NCBI GenBank assembly: GCA_963845185.1
Contig: CAWJRG010000004.1
Coordinates: 1 to 29,589 of the forward strand
Length of the DNA: 29,589 nt
Source: an uncultured bacterium
GTDB taxonomy: Bacteria > Oederibacteriota > PGYV01 > CAWJRG01
Direction of reading: 5' to 3'
The notes under the pieces are model-generated. The model searched no databases. It was not told the DNA's origin and saw only the letters and a program-made list of their open reading frames with translations. Shown piece by piece: positions 8,258 through 17,251 of the stretch. The translations under genes and the position numbers were made by a program. How positions within the stretch are numbered: position 1 is the stretch's first letter; each line of letters opens with the position of its first letter.

Positions 8258-10078
8258 GTGTGCGGAATAATCGGGTACATAGGCGAAGAGAACGCGGCTG
8301 AGCGCATAATATACGGGCTGAAAAAACTCGAATACAGGGGATATGACTCTGCAGGCATAGCAGTCATAGAAAACGGGAAAATCATACGCTACAGGAGCAA
8401 AGGAAAGCTGGAAAATCTGGTTTCGAAAATAAAAGGATTAAAAATAGACGGCACAACAGGCATGGGCCATACGCGCTGGGCAACGCACGGCAAGCCATCG
8501 GATGAAAACGCGCATCCGCACATGGACTGCTCGGGTAAAATAACAATAATACACAACGGAATAATAGAAAATTATTTTGAAATAAAGGAATACCTCGAAA
8601 GGAAAAAACATAAATTTTCATCCGAGACAGACACGGAAATGTTCGCACACCTGATAGAAGAAAATATAAAAAAAGGCATTGAAAAGGCAGTTGTAGCCGC
8701 GCTGAAAAAGATACGCGGCATGTACGCCATGGTCATACTTTATTCAGGGGAGCCGGACAAGATAATCGCAGCCAGGCAGGGCTCGCCGCTTGTCATAGGC
8801 ATAGGCAAAGGCGAGAATTATATCGCTTCAGATGTGCCGTCGTTTTTGAAATATACGAACAAGGCCATGTTTCTGGAAGACGGGGATATGGCTGTAATTA
8901 CAAAAGAAAAAATCAGGGTTATAAATACAGGCAGGATTGTAAAAAGGCAAATAAGGCTCATAAAGTGGTCGGACAAGCAGGCTGAAAAAGGCGGGTTCGC
9001 GCATTATATGCTGAAAGAGATTTCAGAAGAACCCCAGGCGTTTGAAGATACACTTATAGGAAGGTTTGAAGAGGAAAAAGGAAATATATCGTTTGAGAAT
9101 ATCAAGCCGGAAAAGATAAAAGGTATAAAAAACATACGAATAATCGCCTGCGGCACTTCTTATCATGCGGCTTATGTCGGAAAATATCTTATTGAGAAAT
9201 ACACCAACTTAAACACCCAGGTCGATATAGGTTCAGAGATACGGTACGCGAATCCGGCAATAGAAAAAGACACGCTGGTAATAATAATTTCCCAGTCAGG
9301 CGAGACAATGGACACAATCGAGGCGTTCAAGAACATCAAAAGCTCGGCTAAATACTCAATAGCAATCGTGAACGTGGTCGGCTCTACCTTAAGCCGCATG
9401 CTGGAGGGCGTAATATATACGCACGCAGGGCCCGAGATAGGGGTAGCAGCGACAAAGACATTTATAAGCCAGCTGGCCGTGCTTTACATGCTGGCGCTTT
9501 ACATCGCGAGGATACAAAAGAAAGTTTCGCCTGAATTCGTAAAAAAAGGAATTAAGAACCTGCGCAAAGTCCCGGCTTTAATGAAAGAAATACTGAGGGA
9601 AAAGGGTAAAATAGAAAAAATTGCGGATAAATACTGCAGGCAGAGGGATTTTCTGTATTACGGCAGGAACATAAGCTACCCGATAGCGCTTGAAGGCGCG
9701 TTAAAACTAAAGGAAATATCATATATTCATGCAGAAGGGTACCCGGCGGGCGAGATGAAACACGGGCCCATAGCGCTCGTGGACGACAAGGTGCCGAATG
9801 TTTTCATAGCTCCCGAAGGCTGCCTTTATGAAAAAATGATAAGCAATATACAGGAAATAAAGGCAAGATCAGGAATAATAATCGCCATAACAAACAAGTC
9901 AAACAAGACAATGAAAAAATTCGCAGATGATATAATATATATACCGGATATTGACGAGGATTATTACCCTTTGCTTGCCGTAATACCGTTGCAGCTTTTG
10001 GCTTATTTTATCGGCGTAAAAAAAGGCATAGATGTCGACAAGCCCCGCAACCTTGCAAAGAGCGTCACGGTAGAATAA
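8258..10078 (+). CDS. glmS: Glutamine--fructose-6-phosphate transaminase (isomerizing)
   Basis: GTG 8258 after AGGAG gives M-CGIIG (catalytic Cys1); motifs EYRGYDSAG, GHTRWATHG, SQSGET and DKPRNLAKSVTVE. Confidence 0.98.
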   Translation: MCGIIGYIGEENAAERIIYGLKKLEYRGYDSAGIAVIENGKIIRYRSKGKLENLVSKIKGLKIDGTTGMGHTRWATHGKPSDENAHPHMDCSGKITIIHNGIIENYFEIKEYLERKKHKFSSETDTEMFAHLIEENIKKGIEKAVVAALKKIRGMYAMVILYSGEPDKIIAARQGSPLVIGIGKGENYIASDVPSFLKYTNKAMFLEDGDMAVITKEKIRVINTGRIVKRQIRLIKWSDKQAEKGGFAHYMLKEISEEPQAFEDTLIGRFEEEKGNISFENIKPEKIKGIKNIRIIACGTSYHAAYVGKYLIEKYTNLNTQVDIGSEIRYANPAIEKDTLVIIISQSGETMDTIEAFKNIKSSAKYSIAIVNVVGSTLSRMLEGVIYTHAGPEIGVAATKTFISQLAVLYMLALYIARIQKKVSPEFVKKGIKNLRKVPALMKEILREKGKIEKIADKYCRQRDFLYYGRNISYPIALEGALKLKEISYIHAEGYPAGEMKHGPIALVDDKVPNVFIAPEGCLYEKMISNIQEIKARSGIIIAITNKSNKTMKKFADDIIYIPDIDEDYYPLLAVIPLQLLAYFIGVKKGIDVDKPRNLAKSVTVE

Positions 10079-10095
10079 TAGTGAAAGAGAGTGCT

Positions 10096-11055
10096 ATGAA
10101 AAAAAAGTATAAAAATGAACATGGGAAATTAAAATTATTAAAGGAAAAACCCGCAGGTACAGTATCCATACTTGAAAAAAAATCAAATATTTTGGATATC
10201 AATTGTCAAAAGACATGCAACTGTCAACCAAACCACATCAATTGTCTTGAAGCAAAAGAATGGATGAAGAGCCAAATAGGTGTTTGGCAATTTTTTTATG
10301 AAAAAAGGGATATTAGGGATAGAAATCTTCATCCTGCAACTTTTCCCATATCATTATCAAAGAAAATAATATCATTATTTACACATGAGGGGGAACTTAT
10401 TTTGGATCCTTTTATTGGAAGCGGCACAACCCTGATAGCCGCGCAGGATTTAAATAGAAATGCGGTAGGTTTTGATCTGCTCCAAAAATATGTTGATTTA
10501 AGCAATAAAAGAGTAAAAGAGAATGTTAATATGTTTAGTAATGCAAAACAAATTGCTGTTAAAGATGACGCTATAAATATACCAAATTATTTCAAACCTG
10601 AAATCATTAGCCTTATCTGGACATCGCCGCCTTACGCTAATCTTTTAAACAGGAAAAGAAAAAACAAATCAATGCGTGATAGAAAAAATGAACAGCTCGA
10701 CCGTGTTGAACAATATTCCCAGGATCCAAGGGATCTCGGTACAATGACACAAGAAGAATATACAAAGAATTTTGGTGAAATTTTTGAAAAATTATTGCCC
10801 TTATTAAAGTCCAAAGCTCATTGCGTTATAAATGTTCCTGATTTTTGGTGGGAAAATAAAAGAATGACCTTACATATCTCTATAATTGAAGAGTTACGTA
10901 AAAGAGGATTTGAATTACGAAATACAATCATATGGGACAGGACAAATATTGTTAATAATATCGGTATTTTCGGTTGGCCAAGTAACTATATAACTATGGG
11001 AACGACATTTGAGTATTTATTGGATTTTTGGCGGCCACCAATAAAAATAGGATAA
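10096..11055 (+). CDS. Site-specific DNA methyltransferase, probably N4-cytosine
   Basis: HPATFP, motif I DPFIGSGTT and motif IV TSPPY; adjacent to a restriction endonuclease. GTG 10081 is an alternative start. Confidence 0.88.
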   Translation: MKKKYKNEHGKLKLLKEKPAGTVSILEKKSNILDINCQKTCNCQPNHINCLEAKEWMKSQIGVWQFFYEKRDIRDRNLHPATFPISLSKKIISLFTHEGELILDPFIGSGTTLIAAQDLNRNAVGFDLLQKYVDLSNKRVKENVNMFSNAKQIAVKDDAINIPNYFKPEIISLIWTSPPYANLLNRKRKNKSMRDRKNEQLDRVEQYSQDPRDLGTMTQEEYTKNFGEIFEKLLPLLKSKAHCVINVPDFWWENKRMTLHISIIEELRKRGFELRNTIIWDRTNIVNNIGIFGWPSNYITMGTTFEYLLDFWRPPIKIG

Positions 11056-11064
11056 AGGAAAAAT

Positions 11065-11874
11065 ATGAAAAAGTTAAAGAAAATAGGCGAAGTTGAAATA
11101 TATACAAAAGAAGATTTAATAAATAAATTAAAAAAAATAAGAGATATGGGTTGGATTAAAAATGCAAGACCCGGAAACGATGGGGGAGTTGGAAATACAC
11201 TAGAAGATTTACTAGGTATTAAAGAAAATAATTTGCCAATTCCAAACGCAAGAGAATGGGAACTTAAATGTCAACGCATGGAAACTGGCTCATTGACAAC
11301 TTTATTTCACATGGAGCCGTCTCCAAGAGCTTTAAAATTTGTTCCTCAAATATTTTTACTTAAATATGGATGGCCTCATGAGTTGGCCGGTAGCGAATAT
11401 CCTGATGATGAAATGAGTTTTCGTATGACAATTAGTGGACATACCAGAGGAGATAGAGGATTTATTGTGGCAGTAGACAGAAAAGATCAAAAAGTAAAGA
11501 TTTCTTTTGATAGTAATTATATTGATTCGAAACATAACGATTGGAAGTTGCAAGTTGAAAAGAAAATAGGATTAGAAGAACTTAATCCGCAACCTTATTG
11601 GGGATTTAAAGATTTAAGTAATAAAGCCGGAACAAAACTTTTAATTTGTTTTTATATTCAAGCTGATACAAAAAAAGAAAAAAGAATAGAATATTTTCAT
11701 TATTCTAAAATAATTATTTTAAAGGAATTTGATTTTGAGAAATTTTTAAATGAAATTGAAAATGGTTTTCTATTTGTTGATTTTGACGCAAGGACAGGAC
11801 ATAATCACGGGACTAAATTTAGATTAAAACAAAATAGGTTACCAAATCTATATAAAGAAACTATTGAAATATAA
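11065..11874 (+). CDS. MvaI/BcnI-family type II restriction endonuclease
   Basis: GGVGNTLEDLLGIKENN...WELK (PD-ExK core), LTTLF and C-terminal HNHGTKFR are characteristic of this family. Confidence 0.85.
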   Translation: MKKLKKIGEVEIYTKEDLINKLKKIRDMGWIKNARPGNDGGVGNTLEDLLGIKENNLPIPNAREWELKCQRMETGSLTTLFHMEPSPRALKFVPQIFLLKYGWPHELAGSEYPDDEMSFRMTISGHTRGDRGFIVAVDRKDQKVKISFDSNYIDSKHNDWKLQVEKKIGLEELNPQPYWGFKDLSNKAGTKLLICFYIQADTKKEKRIEYFHYSKIIILKEFDFEKFLNEIENGFLFVDFDARTGHNHGTKFRLKQNRLPNLYKETIEI

Positions 11875-11888
11875 ATAAGCAATTGAAA

Positions 11889-13091
11889 ATGTTTAAAATT
11901 CCAGAAATCACCCTAAAAAAAGACGAAGAAAAAAGAATTCTCAGTGGCCATCCATGGATTTACGACAATGAAATAGAAAAATTCCCGGATAATTTTGAAA
12001 ACGGCGGGGTCGTACTTGTAAAAAACCAGGCACGGCATTATGTCGGCCTCGGTTACCTGAATAAAAAATCAAAAATTGCAGCAAGGCTGCTTGAAATTTA
12101 CACGAAACAACCTGACAAAGCGCCAGTTATTAATATAGAAAAAATTTTAGAAAAAAAAACATCAGCTGCTTTGAAAAAACGGGAATATATTAAAAGCACA
12201 AACGCAAAAAGGCTTGTGTTTTCCGAAGCGGATTTTTTGCCGGGCTTAATAGTTGATTTATACAATAATACCCTTGTAATGCAAATAACAACACTGGGAA
12301 TGGAAAAACTCAAAGAAAATATAATATCCATGCTTGATTCAATCCTAAAACCTGAATTTATTTATGAAAAAAGTATATCACCATCCAGGGAAAAAGAGGG
12401 CCTTGGTAAAATTGACAAGCTGGTTAAACCCGGACATGGAAAAATACCGCAGATTCTAATCACTGAAAACAGCATAAAATTCACAGTTGATATTGAAGGC
12501 GGGTCAAAAACAGGTTTTTACCTTGACCAGAGGGAAAACAGGGAAAAATTAAAAAATTTTTGCGAAGGAAAAAAGGTTATTGACGCGTTCTGTTATACTG
12601 GCGCGTTCTCGGCTTATGCTTTAAAATACGGCGCAGCACAGGTTACGGGCATTGATGTATCGGCTGAAGCATTAAAAACAGCAGAAGAAAACATGAAATT
12701 AAACAATTTGAATAATTATTCTTTTATTGAATGCGATGTTTTTGAAAAATTAAGGGAATTTGACAAGTCAGGAGAAACATTCGACGTTATAATCCTTGAC
12801 CCGCCGCCTTTCTCAAAAGCAAAGGACGAAAGACACGGCGCAGTAAAAGGATATAAGGACCTGCTTTTAAATGGCTTCAAAATTTTAAATAAAGATGGAA
12901 TAATATTTATTTTTTCATGCTCGCAAAATATAAGCAGAGAGGACCTTATGAAAATAGCAGGCGAGGCGGCAAAAGACACAAGGACAAAGCATGAGGTTGT
13001 GGGATTTTTAAACCAGGCATCAGACCACCCGTATAATAAGAATATACCTGAGACTTTATATCTGAAGGGAATTATAATCAAAAAAAGGTAG
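11889..13091 (+). CDS. RlmI-like class I SAM-dependent rRNA methyltransferase (PUA domain)
   Basis: Motifs GHPWIYDNEI, SEADFLPGLIVD, KTGFYLDQRENR, DAFCYTGAF and ILDPPPF. Confidence 0.9.
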   Translation: MFKIPEITLKKDEEKRILSGHPWIYDNEIEKFPDNFENGGVVLVKNQARHYVGLGYLNKKSKIAARLLEIYTKQPDKAPVINIEKILEKKTSAALKKREYIKSTNAKRLVFSEADFLPGLIVDLYNNTLVMQITTLGMEKLKENIISMLDSILKPEFIYEKSISPSREKEGLGKIDKLVKPGHGKIPQILITENSIKFTVDIEGGSKTGFYLDQRENREKLKNFCEGKKVIDAFCYTGAFSAYALKYGAAQVTGIDVSAEALKTAEENMKLNNLNNYSFIECDVFEKLREFDKSGETFDVIILDPPPFSKAKDERHGAVKGYKDLLLNGFKILNKDGIIFIFSCSQNISREDLMKIAGEAAKDTRTKHEVVGFLNQASDHPYNKNIPETLYLKGIIIKKR

Positions 13092-13113
13092 TTTTATTTG
13101 AAAGGCGGTAATT

Positions 13114-14925
13114 GTGAGCAAAAGGGAATTGGCTGTAAAAACTTTCATAGTTGTTATTTCGTTTTTTCTTATTATTGTATTTTCATTTACACCTGTCGAC
13201 AATTCCGACTTTGGGTTTCATTTGCGCACAGGCCAGGATATAGTAAAAAACCACTTTTTCCCTTTGAAGGAGAATTATTCCTACACTGCAAAAGGAGTTT
13301 TTAACCCTGCGTATTCCTGGATATTTGACAGCCTGAGTTATATTTTTTACATGATTGGAAATATCAACGGCCTTATTTATATGCAGGGACTGATGATTGC
13401 GGCAATTTTTTTGATTATCCTTATCAAATTATTCAAGTCAGAGTTGCTCAGACGGAATTTTTCATTATCTCTGCCTTTTGCGGCAAGCATCATATTGGCT
13501 TTTGCGTTTTTACTGCAGACAAGGATAATGATAAGACCGCACCTTCTGGGGTTTGTTTTTCTTGCCTTGTTTATTTTTGTTATGGATAAAATAGTTTACA
13601 GGCAAAACGAACCGGAAGATTTAAAACATTTTTTAACGGACAAAAACATTATTGCAACTTTGCTGATTTTTTTGCTATGGGTTAACAGCCACTCAACATT
13701 TGTAGAAGCTTATGTTTTATTGGGTTTCTGGATTGTTTCAACAGCAATCATAAAACATAATATAGGGAATAAAATAACGGGCATAAGCAAAATGCTGGCT
13801 GTTGCAATTATATTTTTTGTTTTAAGTTTTTGTACGCCGAATCTGAATAAAATTTTCGCGACTTTCGTGTCCTCGACAAAAACAACCGAGGAATTTTATT
13901 CGCTTTTTGAGATGCTTCCAAAACTGGGGGCTTTTTACGTAAGCGTAATACTTTTTTATATTGTCATTTTTGCTGGAATAGCAGTTTATTATTTCCGAGA
14001 AAAGGATTATTACCGCTCTTTTTCAATAGTTTTTTTCTGCCTACTCGGCGTTTATTCAGTGCGGTTTCTCGGAGAATTGGGCATTGTAACCGGAATTATG
14101 GCTGTCCCTGCTGCAATCGCACTGGTAAAGTACGCTGAAATAAAACAGGGCATTAAAAAGGCTTTAATAATTTTATCTATTTTGCTGGCAGTTGCGCAGG
14201 CAATTCTTATCTATTTTTATCATAAGCCCATGGGCATGGGCATGGATGAGACAAAGTTCCCGATTTATTCCACCGCTTACATAAAGAAACTGGACCTTGA
14301 CGGGAATATGTTCAATTCATTCGGGTGGGGCGGATACCTTATATGGGAACTGCAAAAACACCCTGTTTTTATTGACGGGCGCGTGCAGGTTTATTCGAAT
14401 GATTTCTTGGACAAATGCAGCAGGATGCTGCAAAAGCCGCCGTTATATTTTTACGAGCTGTGCGGCAAATACGGCATTTCCTTTGGTATTGTCCCGTACG
14501 CGACTCATTTCGGCAATGTAATAGGAGATGATTTTTCAGGCTATCTTTTTGACAGGAGCAGCTGGGCGCTTGTGTACTTTGACAATATTTCGCTGGTTTA
14601 TATCAAGCGCGGGTTCAGCAATAAAAACGACGCAATAATAGCAAAATACGAGTATTCAATGCTGCAACCCACTATATTGGCGCCGCCGTTGCTTGACAAA
14701 TATTTAAATAAAGAAACTGACAGGCAAAAGCTTATTGGCGAGCTGGAGCGTTCCATAGCGGAATCCCCTGACTGCATTTATTCGCATTTATGCCTGGCAT
14801 ATGTAAGGTATAAAACCGGAGACACCGACGGCGCGGTAAAAGAGCTTGAGATTACAAGGAAACTTTACCCGACGCCACAGATAGAAGCGCTTTATGAGCA
14901 AATAAAGGGAAAGCAAACGAGGTGA
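13114..14925 (+). CDS. Polytopic membrane protein, GT-C glycosyltransferase-like, with C-terminal TPR
   Basis: Many hydrophobic segments; first-loop D-x-x-x-HL-x-x-G (DFGFHLRTG), RPH, LWVNSH, WGGYLIW and FIDGR motifs; TPR-like tail. The function is inferred. Confidence 0.55.
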   Translation: MSKRELAVKTFIVVISFFLIIVFSFTPVDNSDFGFHLRTGQDIVKNHFFPLKENYSYTAKGVFNPAYSWIFDSLSYIFYMIGNINGLIYMQGLMIAAIFLIILIKLFKSELLRRNFSLSLPFAASIILAFAFLLQTRIMIRPHLLGFVFLALFIFVMDKIVYRQNEPEDLKHFLTDKNIIATLLIFLLWVNSHSTFVEAYVLLGFWIVSTAIIKHNIGNKITGISKMLAVAIIFFVLSFCTPNLNKIFATFVSSTKTTEEFYSLFEMLPKLGAFYVSVILFYIVIFAGIAVYYFREKDYYRSFSIVFFCLLGVYSVRFLGELGIVTGIMAVPAAIALVKYAEIKQGIKKALIILSILLAVAQAILIYFYHKPMGMGMDETKFPIYSTAYIKKLDLDGNMFNSFGWGGYLIWELQKHPVFIDGRVQVYSNDFLDKCSRMLQKPPLYFYELCGKYGISFGIVPYATHFGNVIGDDFSGYLFDRSSWALVYFDNISLVYIKRGFSNKNDAIIAKYEYSMLQPTILAPPLLDKYLNKETDRQKLIGELERSIAESPDCIYSHLCLAYVRYKTGDTDGAVKELEITRKLYPTPQIEALYEQIKGKQTR

Positions 14926-14928
14926 AAT

Positions 14929-15366
14929 ATGGAGTACACAAAAGGTGAAATAGGAAAAATTTTTGTTTTAAAGTTTGAAAACAACGATATTTTTCTTGAT
15001 GAGCTGAAAAAGTTTGCAAAAAAAGAAAAATTGAAATCAGCGGTATTTATTTTTGTCGGTGCGCTGCGGCAGGGCAATGTTGTCACAGGCCCAAAAAAGC
15101 CGGTGATTCCGCCCGAGCCGAACTGGGTAAAGTTCAGGGACGGGTGGGAGGCGCTGGGGATAGGCACTATATTTACAGGCAAATCAGGCGCACATATCCA
15201 CGTGCATTCGTCAATGGGAAGGAAAAACAAGGCAATAACCGGATGCATAAGGCAAAAAGCAAAAGTATTTCTTGTTATAGAAGCGCTTGTGTTTGAATTA
15301 AAAGGCATAAAAGCATCAAAAGACCTTGACCCCAAAACAGGGCTTAATTTACTGAAAATAATATAA
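14929..15366 (+). CDS. PPC/DUF296 domain protein
   Basis: 145 aa with FIFVGAL, EALGIGTI and HIHVH motifs. Confidence 0.8.
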   Translation: MEYTKGEIGKIFVLKFENNDIFLDELKKFAKKEKLKSAVFIFVGALRQGNVVTGPKKPVIPPEPNWVKFRDGWEALGIGTIFTGKSGAHIHVHSSMGRKNKAITGCIRQKAKVFLVIEALVFELKGIKASKDLDPKTGLNLLKII

Positions 15367-15479
15367 ATTATCAAAGCTATCCGAAAAAACAATTTTGCAA
15401 ATACAGACATTCAAAATACGTATATACTAATAATCATTATTTTAAATTTCATTCAAGTTTTTCAGCATGAATTAATAAA

Positions 15480-15508
15480 TTTACAAAACAGTTTTTATTG
15501 GATATAAT
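15480..15508 (+). promoter_or_regulatory. sigma70-type promoter
   Basis: TTTACA (15480-15485), 17-bp spacer, TATAAT (15503-15508); RBS AGGAG precedes TTG 15535. Confidence 0.6.
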
Positions 15509-15534
15509 TAGCTTATAAATACCAGGAGTTTATT

Positions 15535-16902
15535 TTGAAAATAGTATTACTGAACCCAAAACCTAAAATATGGATAAAAAGCGCCACCATCCCGCTTGGG
15601 CTTGCATATATTGCGTCTTTCTTAATGTCCAAAGGGTACAATGAAATTAAAATTATAGATTTAAATTTAGAACCGGGAAAAATCATACCTGAAGCGGATA
15701 TTTACGGAATTACTGCAACTACGCCGCTGATTTACTCTGCTTTTGATCTGGCCAAAAAATTAAAAAGAAAGGACAATTATATTGTATTGGGCGGCCCGCA
15801 TGCCACATGCCTCCCGGATGAATCCTTAGATAATGAGCCGGTAGATTTTGTAGTCAGAAACGAGGGGGAAATAGCTTTTTATGAGCTGGTAAAAAGCATA
15901 GAAAATAAAAATTCATTTGCAGGCATTAAGGGATTATCTTACAAACAAAACGGGGAAATAATCCATAATCCGGACAGAGAATTTATTAAAAACCTTGACG
16001 AGCTGCCTTTCCCTGCCTATGGGCTTTTTGGGAATTTAAAAAGGTATTCCCATCCCCAGCCGTTGATAGGCTGGAGAAAACCGGTTGTAAATATTATTAC
16101 AAGCAGGGGATGCCCTTTTAACTGCCATTTTTGTTATAAAGGCACTTTTGGCCGCACGTGGCGGGCAAGGTCGCCGGAAAATGTCGTTACGGAATGGGAA
16201 CACCTTATTAAAAAATTTAAAATAAAAGAAATAGCCATACAGGACGACATGTTTAATCTTGACATTGACAGGGCCAAAACCATAATGAAAATGATATCTG
16301 AAAAAAATATCAGGCTGCCTTTCACTTTCCCCAACGGCATAAGAGCCGACCTTTTGGACGAGGAACTTGTAATACTAATGAAAAAAGCCGGGCTTTACAG
16401 GACTGCCATAGGAATAGAATCAGGCGTGCAGGAAGTTCTGGATGATATAGGAAAAAATGAGAAATTGGAAGTCATAGAACAGGGAATGAAAATGCTGAAA
16501 AAGCATAAAATACAGACAATAGCATTTTATGTTATGGGGCACCCAAAAGACACGGAAAAGACAATGCAGCAGACAATTGATTACGCAAAACGCCTTGATA
16601 CAACATTCGCGCAGTTTGCAATGGCCACGCCTTTTCCCGGGACAAGATTGTATAATATTGTAAAAAAACTCGGGACCCTTAAAATCAACAAATGGGACGA
16701 ATACAGCCAGTTTGACCAAAAGGGGTATTTTGATTATGAAAATTTAAAGGGGGAAACCATAAGCAAATATGTAAAGAAGGCCTATAAAAGTTTTTATTTT
16801 AATCCAAGGTTTATTTTTAAAATGCTTGCATTGCCGGATTTCTATTTAAAAATACCTGATTTTATTTCCGGATTAATACATTTTGCGTTTAAGGGGAGAT
16901 AA
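15535..16902 (+). CDS. Cobalamin-binding radical SAM protein (class B methylase-like)
   Basis: B12 domain motifs PLGLAYIAS, LGGPHAT and NEGE; TSRGCPFNCHFC (CxxxCxxC), GIESG and TPFPGT. Confidence 0.92.
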   Translation: MKIVLLNPKPKIWIKSATIPLGLAYIASFLMSKGYNEIKIIDLNLEPGKIIPEADIYGITATTPLIYSAFDLAKKLKRKDNYIVLGGPHATCLPDESLDNEPVDFVVRNEGEIAFYELVKSIENKNSFAGIKGLSYKQNGEIIHNPDREFIKNLDELPFPAYGLFGNLKRYSHPQPLIGWRKPVVNIITSRGCPFNCHFCYKGTFGRTWRARSPENVVTEWEHLIKKFKIKEIAIQDDMFNLDIDRAKTIMKMISEKNIRLPFTFPNGIRADLLDEELVILMKKAGLYRTAIGIESGVQEVLDDIGKNEKLEVIEQGMKMLKKHKIQTIAFYVMGHPKDTEKTMQQTIDYAKRLDTTFAQFAMATPFPGTRLYNIVKKLGTLKINKWDEYSQFDQKGYFDYENLKGETISKYVKKAYKSFYFNPRFIFKMLALPDFYLKIPDFISGLIHFAFKGR

Positions 16903-16978
16903 AAAAACGATTGTAATGCAAGCACGTGCTTTGAATATTGGCACCTGGCCCCAGTATATATTTGTACGCAAATACCTT

Positions 16979-17044
16979 TTAGTCCCCGTAAAGCACTTTT
17001 AACTGCTCAACTGACGGCTTGCCCTTGTAAAAATCGCCCTGCGG
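16979..17044 (-). pseudogene. 22-codon 3' remnant of a paralog of the gene at 22293-22835
   Basis: Reads PQGDFYKGKPSVEQLKVLYGD* versus PQGEFYEGKPSVEQLKVLYGE*; 57/66 nt identical to 22293-22358. There is an in-frame stop just upstream and no start codon. Confidence 0.85.
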
Positions 17045-17251
17045 GATTATTTAACCATCCAGGTATGCTACTATTATTCGATAAAACTGTTCAATAAAAC
17101 AAATAGTGCGATTTTGAATTGTGAAACTAAGGTTGAAGCAGCAAAACTTTTTTAATGAATAATTGTAAAATATAATGTATAATTAATTAAATGCTTAAAA
17201 TATTGGGAATATTTGGACTTAATTGATTTACTGCTAAGGAGATTAAATTAT

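Noticed and set aside
16920..16931. Perfect 12-bp palindrome AAGCACGTGCTT as an operator
   Set aside because: Single instance with no second copy near the other glycanase promoter; may be chance.
17150..17200. Precise GH9 promoter
   Set aside because: Two TATAAT hexamers lie in very AT-rich DNA without a clear -35, so none can be assigned.
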